NCBI GenBank assembly: GCA_963693365.1
Contig: CAVNZM010000005.1
Coordinates: forward strand, 3,533,716-3,597,715
Source: Amoebidium appalachense
Lineage: Eukaryota; Protista; Ichthyosporea
DNA: 64,000 nucleotides
Reading direction: 5' to 3'
The number at the start of each line of letters is the position of its first letter. Positions within the stretch are counted from its first letter, which is position 1. The translations under genes were made by a program, and so were the position numbers. Below are positions 12,348 to 24,750 of this stretch, one piece after another. The notes beneath the pieces are model-generated. The model did no database searches. It was not told where the DNA came from and was given only the letters and a program-made list of their open reading frames with translations.

Positions 12348-14011
12348 GAATTTTGAATCCCGGGGATATCGATGATAATTATCGGCCGTTATTTTATCAT
12401 TCTGTCTTATGTCGTTACACAAAACCTGGTCTGCCGACATTTTCCGCCATTGGTGTGGTCCCTGTATGGCCATATTGTAAATTATTTTTGTTGAAATTTT
12501 CTTCTACTTTAGAAACCTTCATAATCTTTTGTCCTTGCTCAACGTGATATGACGGTGACCGTGACCCTGAGACGACGGCATATAGCATTCTGCATGCCGC
12601 ATACCTACAGATAAATTACCTCATCGCGTCCTAATTGCCACATAGTCCGTGTATACACCAATCAAATGCAAGGTGGATACCAGGTTCTATTCGCTAAATA
12701 TCATGCGCAATCTGACGGCATTCAAAATAGTACGATTTCCTTTCTAGGATTGTGTGACGTCATTCCATAAGATTGTAAATTCAATTTTTGCATAGCGGCG
12801 TATGCACGAATATACTAACTCTAGGCGGGACCAGCAAGTTAGTGAAAGTCGCTCTAGCAATACGCTACGTTGTTGCAACTCAAAGTATCTGAAGCAATTT
12901 TAAGAATATTTTCCTGTGTGTAACATTGTTTTGAGTTTTTTTTTTTTACTTTTGTTCTCTAGTCACCGCACTGATTGGCCACAGAGTCACATCAGACGCG
13001 CAGTTCGCCATATGGGATACCCCTAATTACTTAATAGCGGATAGCCATAGATAATATTGGAGGGAACTTTATTGTTGTCCTTAAAGCTTGCTACTGTCAG
13101 TTCAGTTCACAGATGTCAAATCAGTTTATCAAAAAGACAGACAGTAACTCTGACCGTGAAAAAGACGCCACCACCGACAACACCGTCCACGCGTCCCCCC
13201 CCCCCCCCCCGACGGAGAACCGCCACAGCCCCCCCCCCCCCAAAAAAAAAAAAAAAAAAAAAAACAACCACCACCCGAACACCAAAATGGAAAGACAGCG
13301 CAGCGGAGGATAGCTCCCGCCACACAGTACCCAGCCCCACACCAGCACAAAACACGACCGCCTGTGCAGACCGCACACACCCACAAGGGAGCCCAGGGCG
13401 AGCGGAGAGGGACCGAGCGAGCGGGAGAGGACGAAGGGAGAGGTGCGAAGACGAAAAAAGAGCAGACCGGGAGAAAAGGAAAAGCAGAGAGAAAGAGGAA
13501 AGAAAAGAAAGAAAGAAGAGAGAGAGGGGGGCGAGGGGAGGGAGAGGAAACAGCAGCAGAAGAGGGGGGAGGAGAGGAGGGGAGGGGGGGGGAAGGGGGA
13601 CCCCCCGAGCCCCTGCCGTGAAAGAGCCCCCCCCACCGCCCCACCGCCGAAGGGAGAGCCCCCCCCCCCACACACACACACCCCCCCACACCCACACACC
13701 ACCACCCAAAACCCAAAGGAAAAAAGAAGAAAAAGAGAGAAGAAAAAAAGAGAGAAGGAAGAGGGGGGTACGGGGGAAGCAGGAGGGGGAGGGGGGGTGA
13801 TGAGTGGGGGGGGTGGCGGCCCCCCAAGCTATCAGGAAGCGGGGGGGCCGGGGGGAGGGGGGTGGGGTGACGCAACGGATCCCCCACCAGGCAAGGAGTG
13901 AAGGCTGGTGGGAGCACCACTTGTGATGGGGGTAACCCGGAGTTAGTATTGCCGTTTGGTATGAAGGAGGGGGATTGGACGGTAGAACAGAAAAAATTCT
14001 AGCTCAGTTAT

Positions 14012-16444
14012 TTGATAGGACTCGGTCAGTTTGCATTTCTGGCCGATGATAACGAAGTAGGCTTCGTTAAAGGGTTTGAAATGCAGATCGACACAGGTGA
14101 TAATAGGCCGGTAGTGATGCCTAGCTATAGAATGGAGCAGTATAAATTGTCGGATGCGCTAATAATAGTGAGTGATATGTTAAAAAAGGGTCATGTGGAG
14201 CATAGTTCGAGTCCGTGGAGAAGTCCGGTGCTATTGGTTAAGAAGCCCGACGGGTCTTGGCGTCTAGTGAACGATTACAGGGCTCTGAATCGGATCACTA
14301 AGGCAGACCAATGGCCTCTCCCTAACATAGACGAGCAGCTTTCACAGCTGCACGGCTATACTCACTTTGCTAAACTTGATTTAAAAGCAGCTTTTTGGCA
14401 GATAAGGTTGGAGGAGAGCAGCAAGGAGAAGACTGCCTTTGCACTGGGTGACCAGCTGTTCCAGTACAAGGTGGTGCCGATGGGTTTGCTCTCCTCTCCA
14501 GCTATGTTGTGCCGGGTAATGTATAAAATTCTCCACCCTCATTTGGATGTATGCCACCCTTATTTGGATGATGTTTTAATTAAAGGTAGGTCATATTGAG
14601 GAGCTAGTTAATAATTGTGAAAAAGTATTTTTAGCTTTGGGTGAGTCTGGTCTTCGCATTAGCGGTAGCAAGACTGTGATTGGTGTGCCGGAGGTTAAGT
14701 TTTTAGGTCATATTGTGTCTAGTAATGGTCTTTCCCCTGATCCGGAGAAAATCCGGGCCATAGTTGAGTGGCCCCGTCCTCAGACTGTCACTCAACTAAG
14801 GCAATTTTTAGGTTTAACTAATTATCTTCGTCGTTATATTAAGGATTATAGTATGCTTGCTTTGCCGTTAACTAGTCAGACGGGGGGGGAGAAGAAGAAT
14901 AGAATAGATTGGAATGTTGATGCTGTTTCTGCTTTCGAAAAGCTTAAGTTAGCTTTGCAGTCTTCGAGTAAGTTGTTCATCCTGATTTCTCGGCCGGGGG
15001 GGGATGTTTAAAGTTCGGTGTGATGCAAGTAAGGTTGCTGAGGGGGCCGTGTTATATCAAGTGCAGGAGGGGCAGGATAGGGTGATTGCTTATGCTAGTC
15101 GTTCATTTAGTAAAAGTGAACGTAGATATAGCAATCCAGAGAGAGAGTCCCATGCTATCTTTTGGGCAGTCTCACAGGCATGGAGGTATATACTCGCAGG
15201 CAGGACGTTTGAGGTCTACACCGACCACAAGCCCTGCCTAGCCATGGCCGGCACCACTCGTCTGGTCAACGAGAGGATGCAGAAGTGGGCCGCGGCTCTC
15301 GGTGAGTTCTCCTATAAATTGTTTTATGCCAAGGGTGAAACAATGGTTGACTGTGATGCTCTCTCTCGTGCTGCTTATATTTTGTTTGAAGAAGAGAAGG
15401 GAGGGGGAGGGGGGGGATAGTGAGAGACGGGGGGGAGGGGGGAAGGGGGGGAGAGTGAGCAGAAAGGAATAGATGCTGTGTCTGTTGATGTGTCTTCTTG
15501 GGCTCCGGGGTTGCTTGCTTATAAGTGTAGGGGAGGGGGGGGGAGGTATTTGTCCGTGTCTGAGGTCGGGACCGAGTCTCATGGCTCGGCCCCTGCCTTA
15601 GCACCTACGGCTTTGATCTTAGCTCAGGAGGAAGATATGTTGATTGGTCTGGTTAAGAATTATTTAAAGGGGCCGGTTGATTCGATTAAATTTAAAAATA
15701 AAAGGCAGATGATTAAGGTAGCTAAGTTAGCAAAAATGTGTCAGGTAGAGCAGGATTTAGTTTATCATTGTTCTGGGCCAGACGGACACCGAGTTTGGGT
15801 CCCGACGGCACTTGTGCCTGAGGTTTTGCATATGGTGCATAAGCATCCCATGGCTGGTCATTTAGGTGTAAATAGGACGTTGCTTCGTGTTAATCGTTCG
15901 TATTTTTGGCCGGGTATGAGTAGGGAGGTGAGGGATTATGTGTTGTCATGCATGCATTGTCAGGAAAGGAATGAGAGTCCCCACTCTCGTTCCCGCCCGT
16001 CGTTTATTAGGGATTTTAATGTTCGTATGTTTGAACGGGTAGCAGTGGATGTGGTCGGTCCTTTTAATTCTACGGTTGAGGGTAACACTGTTCTTGTTAC
16101 CGTCACCGATGTGGCCACTCGTTGGGTTGAAGTTTTTCCTCTCCCCACTGCTAATGCCGTTTTGTTTGCTCGTATTTTTGTGGATGAAATTTGTCTTAGG
16201 TTTGGTTGTCCTCGTGTTCTGTTAACGGATAGGAGTCGTGTGTTTTTAAATCAGTTGGTGTCGGAGGTGTGTAAAATTTTAAGGGTAGCTCATATCACTA
16301 CGTCTGCATATCACCCTCAAGCAAATGCCATCTCTGAACGTGTGCATGCAGTGTTTCAGAAGTCCTTTGGCAAAATGGTGGATGTGGAGGCTAATGATTG
16401 GGATCATATGTCTAGGTTTATTGCTCATTCATATAATTCTACCC
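14012..16444 (+). pseudogene. Gypsy pol (RT, RNase H, integrase N-terminal part), frameshifted
   Basis: SPWRSPVLLVKKPDGSWRLVNDYRALN, LDLKAAFWQI, YLDD, CDAS..GAVLYQ, YTDHKP, integrase zinc finger H..GHLG..CMHC, and VAVDVVGP, LTD, SERVH. Frameshifts near 14595, 15000 and 15410. Confidence 0.92.
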
Positions 16445-17209
16445 TGTTGGAGTACACTGGTACTCCCGGCTAGCAATGTCTGTTAGAGAAAGTTTCTGAG
16501 CAATTGAATAATTGTTTCAACACTCACTCGAGTGCATAGAGCTTTTGTTTACGGTCATATTCATATATGGTAGTTATATGTTTGAGCCAAAACTGTACCA
16601 ATGACGAGCTTCACTAGCAACGTGCTAATTGTGCTCATTAATTAATATTCCCGGTTCAGATGATGTCATGTCTATATTTGCCACAGGATTCTATTCTTAG
16701 AGTGGTAGTGTGCTTTATTCCCGGATATTCTCAGAATATTTTTAGTTGTGTGAAGTAAGATTTACGTTTAACTGCAATTGGTGTGTTAAACACGTTTATT
16801 TGTGTGCTTTAGTGCAAGTTAACTAGCCACTCAACGTGCACAGTTAACTTTTATATCTTTAACGACTTGTTTTCATTGTGCTCTCTTTTCGGCCATGCTG
16901 TACATGGCCCACCACCAGGGTGCACACGAGGCCACCATGAGGTGGCCAACGACTATATAAAGCAGTGCCTCCCATGTCACAAACATGGGAAGCAGAACGT
17001 TTGATTTACACTTTTCTACTGTCGTTTTCAGTGCACAAAACACATAGACAAGTTACCCATCATACACGACACTATGTCTGACAACTTACAGTTGCAGCAA
17101 CTAGTCCAACTACTGGAGCAGAGGTTGGCCTCACAAGATGCAATCATTTCTGACTTACAGAAGGAACAACGTGCACTAGAACTAGCTTCTATGAACACGA
17201 TGTCCAACA
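16445..17209 (+). repeat. Copia 5' LTR
   Basis: Direct repeat of 21262-22026 with no differences noticed by eye; TATATAAA near 16954. Confidence 0.97.
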
Positions 17210-20200
17210 GGGTTATGGGCCCAGCACGCAATGATTCCATCAAGTTCAAGGTCGACATCCCTCTCTTCACTGGCATTGATAATGATTCAGGCACGGACTA
17301 CCACACATGGGCCGAAACCATGTATGTCCAGCTTTCTGGTGCTGGTCTTCTCCACACCATCGCGCCCAGTACGGAGCACCCGGCTACCCGTTAACAGGTC
17401 GACACTGCCCGTTCCTACCTGTGGCAAGCACTCTCGGTTGACGTGCGTTGTATCCTAGGGTTAACACGCACCACCACACCTGCGGAGATATGGTCGGCCC
17501 TATCTGCCCACTACCTGGAGCAATCTGAGGCCAATCAGTACGACCTTATCGGGCTGTACATGAATTCTACGCCTGAACCTACGGACACCGCGACGAAATA
17601 CGCCATGAAGCTCCGCGGCTACGTGCGGCGCCTGGCCGATTACGGCACACAAATTGGTGATGCTCAAGTGCTGACCAAGCTCACCAACGACCTCGGCAAG
17701 GTGCCTTACTACGAAATGCCTGTCATTGCCTACAAGATGACACCCAAGCCTACCGTAATGGGCCTCCTCCAACAGCTACGGGCATATGAGACCAGCCACC
17801 CACGTGCACGTGTGACTACCAGCTCCGGGCCGGCCGCCTTCACCACACGGGCTCCTCAACCTGTCATCTGCCACGGCTGCGGCAAACCAGGCCACATCAA
17901 GTCTCAGTGCCCCAACGGCAACGGCCAACACAGCAACTCTGGCAACAACCGTGCCAGCACCTACCCCAAGGGTTCCTGCGTCAACCACCCACTGTCTACC
18001 AGTCACACTACCGCCATGTGCAAGGGGGGCAACCGTGCCAACGGCCGCAAACCTAAGGGTGGTCCCCTCCCGCCTGGGTCCTGCATCAACCACCCTGCCT
18101 CTACTACCCACACTCAGTACGGCACAGTGCAAGGGGGGGCTGCCGCTCCCCGGGCTTTCCTCATGTCTAGTAACGACTGTGGCACCAACAAGGTGCTCCT
18201 CGACTCTGGAGCCACTGACCATGTGTGCCCCCGGCCCGATGTGTTCGTCAACATGCGTGCGGCGCCTTACTCCACGGTCCAAGTAGCCGACAAGGGTGCA
18301 TGTGCAGTGCTTGGGGTGGGCGACGTGTTCTTTTCCAGCACCATCGACGGCGTTACTGCGGTGCATCAGCTGACGGATGTACTCTACGTGCCCTCCATCC
18401 CCGACACTCTCATTAGTGTGTTCACGGCATCTACCAACGGCGTTTTACCCCGCTTTGACACCCGCGGCGGCGTTAAGTTGTGCTACGGCGATCAAATTCT
18501 GGCCACCGGCTCGGCTGTCGGCACCAAGCTGTACCACATGGCGGTGTCTCTTCTGCGCGCGGACACAACCCCGGACGCCCAAACCACCACTGCTCCGCGT
18601 ATCCTCAAGGTTACTGCCGACCTCAACACGTGGCACTACCGTCTGGGCCATGCTGGCATTGACGCTGTACGCTCGGTCATCAAGTCTGCAGGCCTGTTGG
18701 TGGGTGGCGGTGCCAAGTCTCCGGGTGTGTGTGAGCCCTGTGCCCTCGGCAAAGCCCACCGTGTTGCCTTCTCCGAATCAACCAGCCAAGCTCCCCCGGG
18801 TCCTAGCCAAGGTTCACAGCGACATCAGCGGCCCCTTCCCTCCCGCGATCGGTGGTGCTCAGTACTTGGCGACGTTCCACGACGACTTCACCGGCCACAC
18901 CACGGCCGTGCCCCTCGTCAAGAAGTCGGACACACTGGCTGCATATGTGACGTACCACAAGGCGGCGGTTACCCAACACGGTGTTCCCATGCAGGTGTTT
19001 CAGTCCGACGGGGGGGGCGAGTACATGGGCACGGCCTTCGGGGACTACAACCGTGAGCACGGCATTCGCCATCAGATCACTACCACCGGCTCTCCTCAAC
19101 AGAATGGGACTGCCGAACGACTGAACCGGACCCTCCTCGACATGGTTCGGGCACTCCTGCAGCAGTCCGGCCTTCCGGTGGGATTCTGGGCCGAGGCAGC
19201 TGTGACCGCGGCTTTTATACGCAACATGCTCCCGTCGCGAGCCACCGGCAGCCAATCGTCTCCCGCCCTGCTGTGGACCGGCATTCCTCCCGACTACAGC
19301 CGGCTCCGTGTCTGGGGCTCTCCCTGCTACGTCCATCAACAGGATACACCGAAACTGGCGCCTCGTGCCGTCAAGGGCATCTTCGTGGGCTACCCTCCTA
19401 ACATCAAGGGCTACAAGGTCTGGATTCCAGCAGCACACAAGATGACCCTCAGCCGTGACGTGCAGTTCGACGAGGCTGCTATTCTGCACCCCCTCCGTGA
19501 TGTCCCATCTGATTGGTCGACCGCACCGGCAATTCATCATTTTTTGGAGTCATCTGATTCGTCAAATCAGCCAGCCAATCACATCGTCCGGAATGATCAG
19601 CAATCTGATTCGTCTCGTCTGTCAGCCAATGGGACAGCGCCGAGTGATCAATTGGACATTCCGATCCTGCCCGAGCCTGCACATCGGCTCCCCCGGACGA
19701 CCCGTAGTGGCGCTGTGTACAACGACCAACGTCGAGGCCCGACTGCCAACGTGGCTGCTGCTACGGCCCCCCTTGCCTCCCAGGCTACGGCTCCTGCATC
19801 AACACCCATCAAGGCTTCCACCATTGTTGTCCCCAAGACTGTCCGGGCTGCACTCAAGAGTCCCCAGCGTCTGAAATGGGAGGAGGCTGCACACCGTGAG
19901 CTCAAGGCCCTGGAAGACAACGGCACCTTCACCCTTGTGCCCCGTCCAGAGGATGGCTCCACTGTCATTCCGGTCGGCTGGGTCTTTACGGTCAAGCAGG
20001 ACAACGTCGGCAACGTCACTGCTTTCAAGGCCCGGCTTGTGGCCCGGGGCAACTACCAGCAGCCTGGCCAGGACTATTTCGTCACCGAGTCACCTGTGGC
20101 TGCGCTGGCTACCATCCGGCTGGTTTTGGCTACCTCCGTGGCCCAAGGTCTGCCTCTGCGCCACATCGACGTCAACACAGCATTCCTCAACGGCACCGTC

Positions 20201-21076
20201 AACGAGACCATCTACATTGAGCAGCCCCCTGGCTTCGTCAACCCCTCGGCCCCCCATGCTGTCGGCTTGCTCCACAAGGCGCTCTACGGCCTAAAACAGG
20301 CACCGCGCCAGTGGTATGAGGCCCTCCGTGACCATCTCCTCGACCAAGGCTTCATTGTGAGTGCTGCTGACCCGTGCCTGTTCATCAAGAATGCCGGGAC
20401 CCCAACGTTTATTGCCCTTGCTGCCTACGTGGATGACTTCACCGTGACGGCCGCCACTGATGCGCTCATCGACGATTTTTTCACCAAGCTGGATGCTCGT
20501 TTCTCTGCCAAGGACCTGGGTCGTCCTACCCTGCTCATCGGGCACACTCTTACCTGGCTGGAGGACGGGTCTCTGCGTCTGGGCCATCGTCAACACATCA
20601 TCGACTTGGCTGCCCGTTTTCGTCTCACCCACATGTCCGGCACCAAGACCCCCATCGTCCCGGGCCAGGCCAGTGAAAGCAACAAGACCCCAGCCCACAG
20701 CAAGAAGGAGGACTATGCCAGCCTGGTCGGTGCCCTGCTGTGGATTGCGCGTACCACCCGCCCCGACATTTCCCAGGCTCTGGGAGTCCTTACGCTTTCT
20801 TTTTTTTTTCCCCCCCCCCTCCTATCGATGAGCCCACCCCGGTGCCCATCCATGGGGACAATGAGTCTGCCCGGGCCCTGCTGGACACCCTGGGGGTTAA
20901 GCCCAAGACCAAGCACATCGACGTCCGCTACTGCTCCGTCAAGGAACATCACCTGCTGGGCAACATCACTGTGGTCCCGGTGGCTTCTGCTGACAACAAG
21001 GCCGACATGTTCGCCAAGGCCCTGTCTGCCTCTTTCCAAGTTCACCAAGGCCGTGGGGATGCTCAACATGTGCTGA
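17074..21076 (+). pseudogene. Copia gag-pol polyprotein with an in-frame TAA (17392), a frameshift (~18795) and an RNase H deletion (~20800)
   Basis: CHGCGKPGHIKSQC knuckle, protease LLDSGATDH, WHYRLGH..CEPC, integrase HSDISGP / SDGGGEY / QNGTAERLNR, RT KARLVARG / YGLKQAP / YVDD, RNase H C-terminus GDNESA..KHIDVRY..ADMFAKAL. Confidence 0.93.
17210..17229 (+). other. PBS complementary to the D-arm/anticodon stem-loop of tRNAi-Met (half-tRNA priming)
   Basis: GGGTTATGGGCCCAGCACGC is the reverse complement of GCGTGCTGGGCCCATAACCC in animal-type tRNAi-Met; same PBS type as Drosophila copia and yeast Ty5. Confidence 0.9.
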
Positions 21077-21261
21077 GCACCCGTCATCAACCAACTGCGC
21101 CCTCATACTTCAGGGGGGGGAGAGAGTTGCATCCGACTGTGCAACTACGTGTACCATACTAAAATTGAGTAGGGGAATCTTTATTGTCTGTATTTTGTGC
21201 ACCTGAAGCACTCGAGCTCAGTTGCATTAATTCATACCACAATTATCCAATTGAGTAGGGG

Positions 21262-22026
21262 TGTTGGAGTACACTGGTACTCCCGGCTAGCAATGTCTGT
21301 TAGAGAAAGTTTCTGAGCAATTGAATAATTGTTTCAACACTCACTCGAGTGCATAGAGCTTTTGTTTACGGTCATATTCATATATGGTAGTTATATGTTT
21401 GAGCCAAAACTGTACCAATGACGAGCTTCACTAGCAACGTGCTAATTGTGCTCATTAATTAATATTCCCGGTTCAGATGATGTCATGTCTATATTTGCCA
21501 CAGGATTCTATTCTTAGAGTGGTAGTGTGCTTTATTCCCGGATATTCTCAGAATATTTTTAGTTGTGTGAAGTAAGATTTACGTTTAACTGCAATTGGTG
21601 TGTTAAACACGTTTATTTGTGTGCTTTAGTGCAAGTTAACTAGCCACTCAACGTGCACAGTTAACTTTTATATCTTTAACGACTTGTTTTCATTGTGCTC
21701 TCTTTTCGGCCATGCTGTACATGGCCCACCACCAGGGTGCACACGAGGCCACCATGAGGTGGCCAACGACTATATAAAGCAGTGCCTCCCATGTCACAAA
21801 CATGGGAAGCAGAACGTTTGATTTACACTTTTCTACTGTCGTTTTCAGTGCACAAAACACATAGACAAGTTACCCATCATACACGACACTATGTCTGACA
21901 ACTTACAGTTGCAGCAACTAGTCCAACTACTGGAGCAGAGGTTGGCCTCACAAGATGCAATCATTTCTGACTTACAGAAGGAACAACGTGCACTAGAACT
22001 AGCTTCTATGAACACGATGTCCAACA
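21262..22026 (+). repeat. Copia 3' LTR, preceded by PPT TTGAGTAGGGG (21251-21261)
   Basis: Direct repeat of the 5' LTR. Confidence 0.97.
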
Positions 22027-22031
22027 TACCC

Positions 22032-22528
22032 CTCATGCTGTGACTGGTTTTTCTCCGTTTTATTTGGTTTATGGGCAGGAGGCTATTAGTTTGTTAGATA
22101 CGGCACTTTTGCCGATGGGGGGGGCTGACCGACTAACTTATCCCCACTGGACTGAGTTCCGGGAGCAGCTACTAACCCGGGCCCGGGCTGCACGTGATGC
22201 AGCTCTGGCCCGTACACAGCAGGCACAGACACGTGCAGACGTGTCCACACGTCCGTTACGTGAATTTGCCGAGGGTACTTTAGTTTTAATTAGGGATCAT
22301 ACTAGGAAAAAGAGATATAAGCAGGAGCAGGAAGGTAAGGGTGAAGGTGAAGGTCTTCGTAAGTATGGTAAGAAACGGTTGCCTCTTTTCATTGGTCCGT
22401 ATAAAATAGTGGCTAGGTTAGGTCCGACGGAATATAAGGTGCAGAGGTTAGATAATGAGAGTGATGCAAATACACGTAGACACACGGGGGGAGGGGGGGG
22501 GGGGGGAGGAGACCGAGGGGGAGTGTGA
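22032..22528 (+). pseudogene. Gypsy integrase C-terminal part with GPY/F motif
   Basis: Removing the copia element and one TSD copy restores YNSTPHAVTGFSPFYLVYG; GPYKIV follows downstream. Confidence 0.9.
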
Positions 22529-22730
22529 ACGTAGTCGTAGGAATTTAATTTATTATCATAGGTGTCTCCGTAGGTATCAAGCTTATGGTGTAGATTAATT
22601 TATTATTTTTCTTCGTAATTTATTTAATTTAATTTTTTTAGGAGACTGATTAGTCTATGTCTTTTTAGGGGGTGTTAGATGTAATGTGACTGAGGTGGGA
22701 CTCAGCTTTTCCGGGGGCCGGGGGGGGAGT

Positions 22731-23467
22731 TGACATATACTAATCCGTCTCAGCAGATTAGCCTAAGTCTACGATCGAGATCGGGGGGGGGGGGGGGCCC
22801 CGGGGGGGGGGGGGGGGGGGGGGGGGGGGCCGGGTCCACAGATCATCAAGATCAAGTCCGGGGCCTCAAGATAGCTGTACAGCTGCGTGCATCTTGCCTC
22901 TGCCGGCGCAGGGCATTGGACCACGTCAGCCGGGACAGCCGTCCAATAGAATTCTAATTAGTGTGTAGGATAGATCGTAGGAGGACTTAGGAATGTGATT
23001 GTTCGGGCAGAAGCCCTTTTGTAAGTATTGGCAAGGTTAGATAGTGTATGTTGCCAAACGTATTTATATATGTAGATGTAGAGGAAAGGGGGGGAGGGAG
23101 GGGGGGGGAGGATAGTATGAAATGTAGATTTAGACTCTGCGGTGCCACTAGGGGGAGGGTGAGGGGTGAGACTTGGATAAATATATTAGTTGAGTAGATC
23201 GACTTAGCTCGTGCAGGCGCACGATAAAAGTAGATCGGAATGTTAATGGAATGTGGCATCGTAGGGGGCCAGGTGATGATGATCTTGTAGGGCACGGCCT
23301 TGATGGCCTCAGTCGTAACTTAGACTCATTCCGTACGGATCTAAGTTTGCCCGTCGGAGCCTGGTCTGAATAAACTTTACCGTTTTTCCGTACACGTTCG
23401 TTCCTTTTCGTGTGTGTACACTTAGTAGAGTGCCGCGTCTCTAGTACACATATATTAGGATACGACA
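22731..23467 (+). repeat. Putative gypsy 3' LTR (~737 bp)
   Basis: Preceded by a G-rich PPT; TG...CA ends with an imperfect 14-bp inverted repeat (TGACATATACTAAT / ATTAGGATACGACA, 11/14); internal TATA-like and AATAAA motifs. Confidence 0.65.
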
Positions 23468-23539
23468 CTCCCCATACCTCTGAACGATCTCTCCATACTC
23501 CACATAGACCCCGGAATCACTATGCAAGAAAACCCCCGG

Positions 23540-24379
23540 AATTCACTCACCAAAACACAAAATATAGAAGCAGACTATTTGAATCAGCTCAGCACATGAC
23601 AGAGGCCAAGCCCATCGACTGAACTCCCATGACGCTGGACAAGCTCTGCAGCTACCAGTCACCTACTACGGAGGAGGACAAGCTCAAGATGGCACCCCAT
23701 GTGTCCGAGTACCAGACTGAGTCCATTGTTGGAAGTCTTCAGTACCTCGCCACATGGACTCGACGCGACCTGTCTTTCCCTGTGTCCGCGCTTGCTGGCT
23801 ACAACAAGAATCCAGGCCAGGCACATCTCAACGCTGCCAAGCGTCTTCTGCGCTACGTCAAGTCGACTTTCGACCACGGCATTGTCTACGGCCCTTTGGA
23901 CAAGTCACTACACGGACGCATACAACTTGGCTACACCGATGCAGACTGGGCCGGTCACCACGGTGACATAGACACCCGACGTTCCACTCCAGGCTTTATT
24001 TTCACCATGGCACACGGAGCCATTGGTTGGAGCAGCAAACTACAGACAGTTGTCGCAGACAGCACAGCTGAGGCTGAGTACATCGCTGCTGCCCGCGCCA
24101 CCAAGGAATGTCTATGGCTTAGGTAACTCATTCGGGATTTCGGCTTCATTGTCACTTGACCTGTTTATTCTACTCGAAGACAACCAAGCTGCCATCAACT
24201 TGATGGGCAAGAATCCCGACCTATTCAACCGCACCACGCACATAGCCATCAAGTACCACCTTGTATGTCTGCATGTCAACAAGAAGGACACCGAGCTTGT
24301 CTACATACCCACTGACCAGCAAGCAGCAGATATGCTCACCATGTCCGTTGGTCTACAACACTGGCAGCTCATGATGTGA
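23540..24379 (+). pseudogene. Remnant of a second, older copia element (RT C-terminus + RNase H)
   Basis: SIVGSLQYLATWTRRDL, AAKRLLRYVK, GYTDADWAG, WSSKLQTVVADSTAEAEY, EDNQAAI, HIAIKYH, QAADMLT; stops and frameshifts present. Confidence 0.9.
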
Positions 24380-24750
24380 AAGAAGCTAGCTGGAATTCAA
24401 GGCTCTTCACGTCGCACACTGAGCACAGCTGGCACTTCCATCCACCGTTACCAGTGAGTGATCTTCATGTCGGTCTCTGAGTAATCAAGGGCCCCGGCGA
24501 TCCGATTTGGACTACCAACGTGGTCTGGCTTTCCTTCGACAAAAGTTGTACTTACATGAATAACACTGCACTTGTATTCAGGTTAGAAGAAGAATATGAA
24601 TACTAGAATAAGAATGTGAGTATTAGAATAAGAATATGAATATGCGTGTAACATATTAGATGATAGTGTACTCTGCTATGCAATATAGATAGTATGTCTT
24701 TTATACTTGTATGTATAATATCTGCATGCACACCTACATCACAAGGGGAC

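Larger units (their letters stand above)
16445..22026 (+). mobile_element. Ty1/copia (hemivirus-type) LTR retrotransposon, recent insertion
   Basis: Two 765-bp LTRs (TGTTGGA...TCCAACA), 5-bp TSD TACCC at 16440-16444 and 22027-22031, PBS, PPT, and gag-PR-IN-RT-RH order. Confidence 0.97.
13920..23467 (+). mobile_element. Ty3/gypsy LTR retrotransposon, 5'-truncated or garbled, interrupted by a copia insertion
   Basis: Domain order RT-RNase H-integrase, then a PPT and a putative 3' LTR. No 5' LTR, gag or protease recognised; the 5' boundary is approximate. Confidence 0.88.

Noticed and set aside
13057-13901. 247-aa and overlapping ORFs as gypsy gag
   Set aside because: Almost entirely homopolymer and purine-run translation, with no capsid, zinc-knuckle or protease motif.
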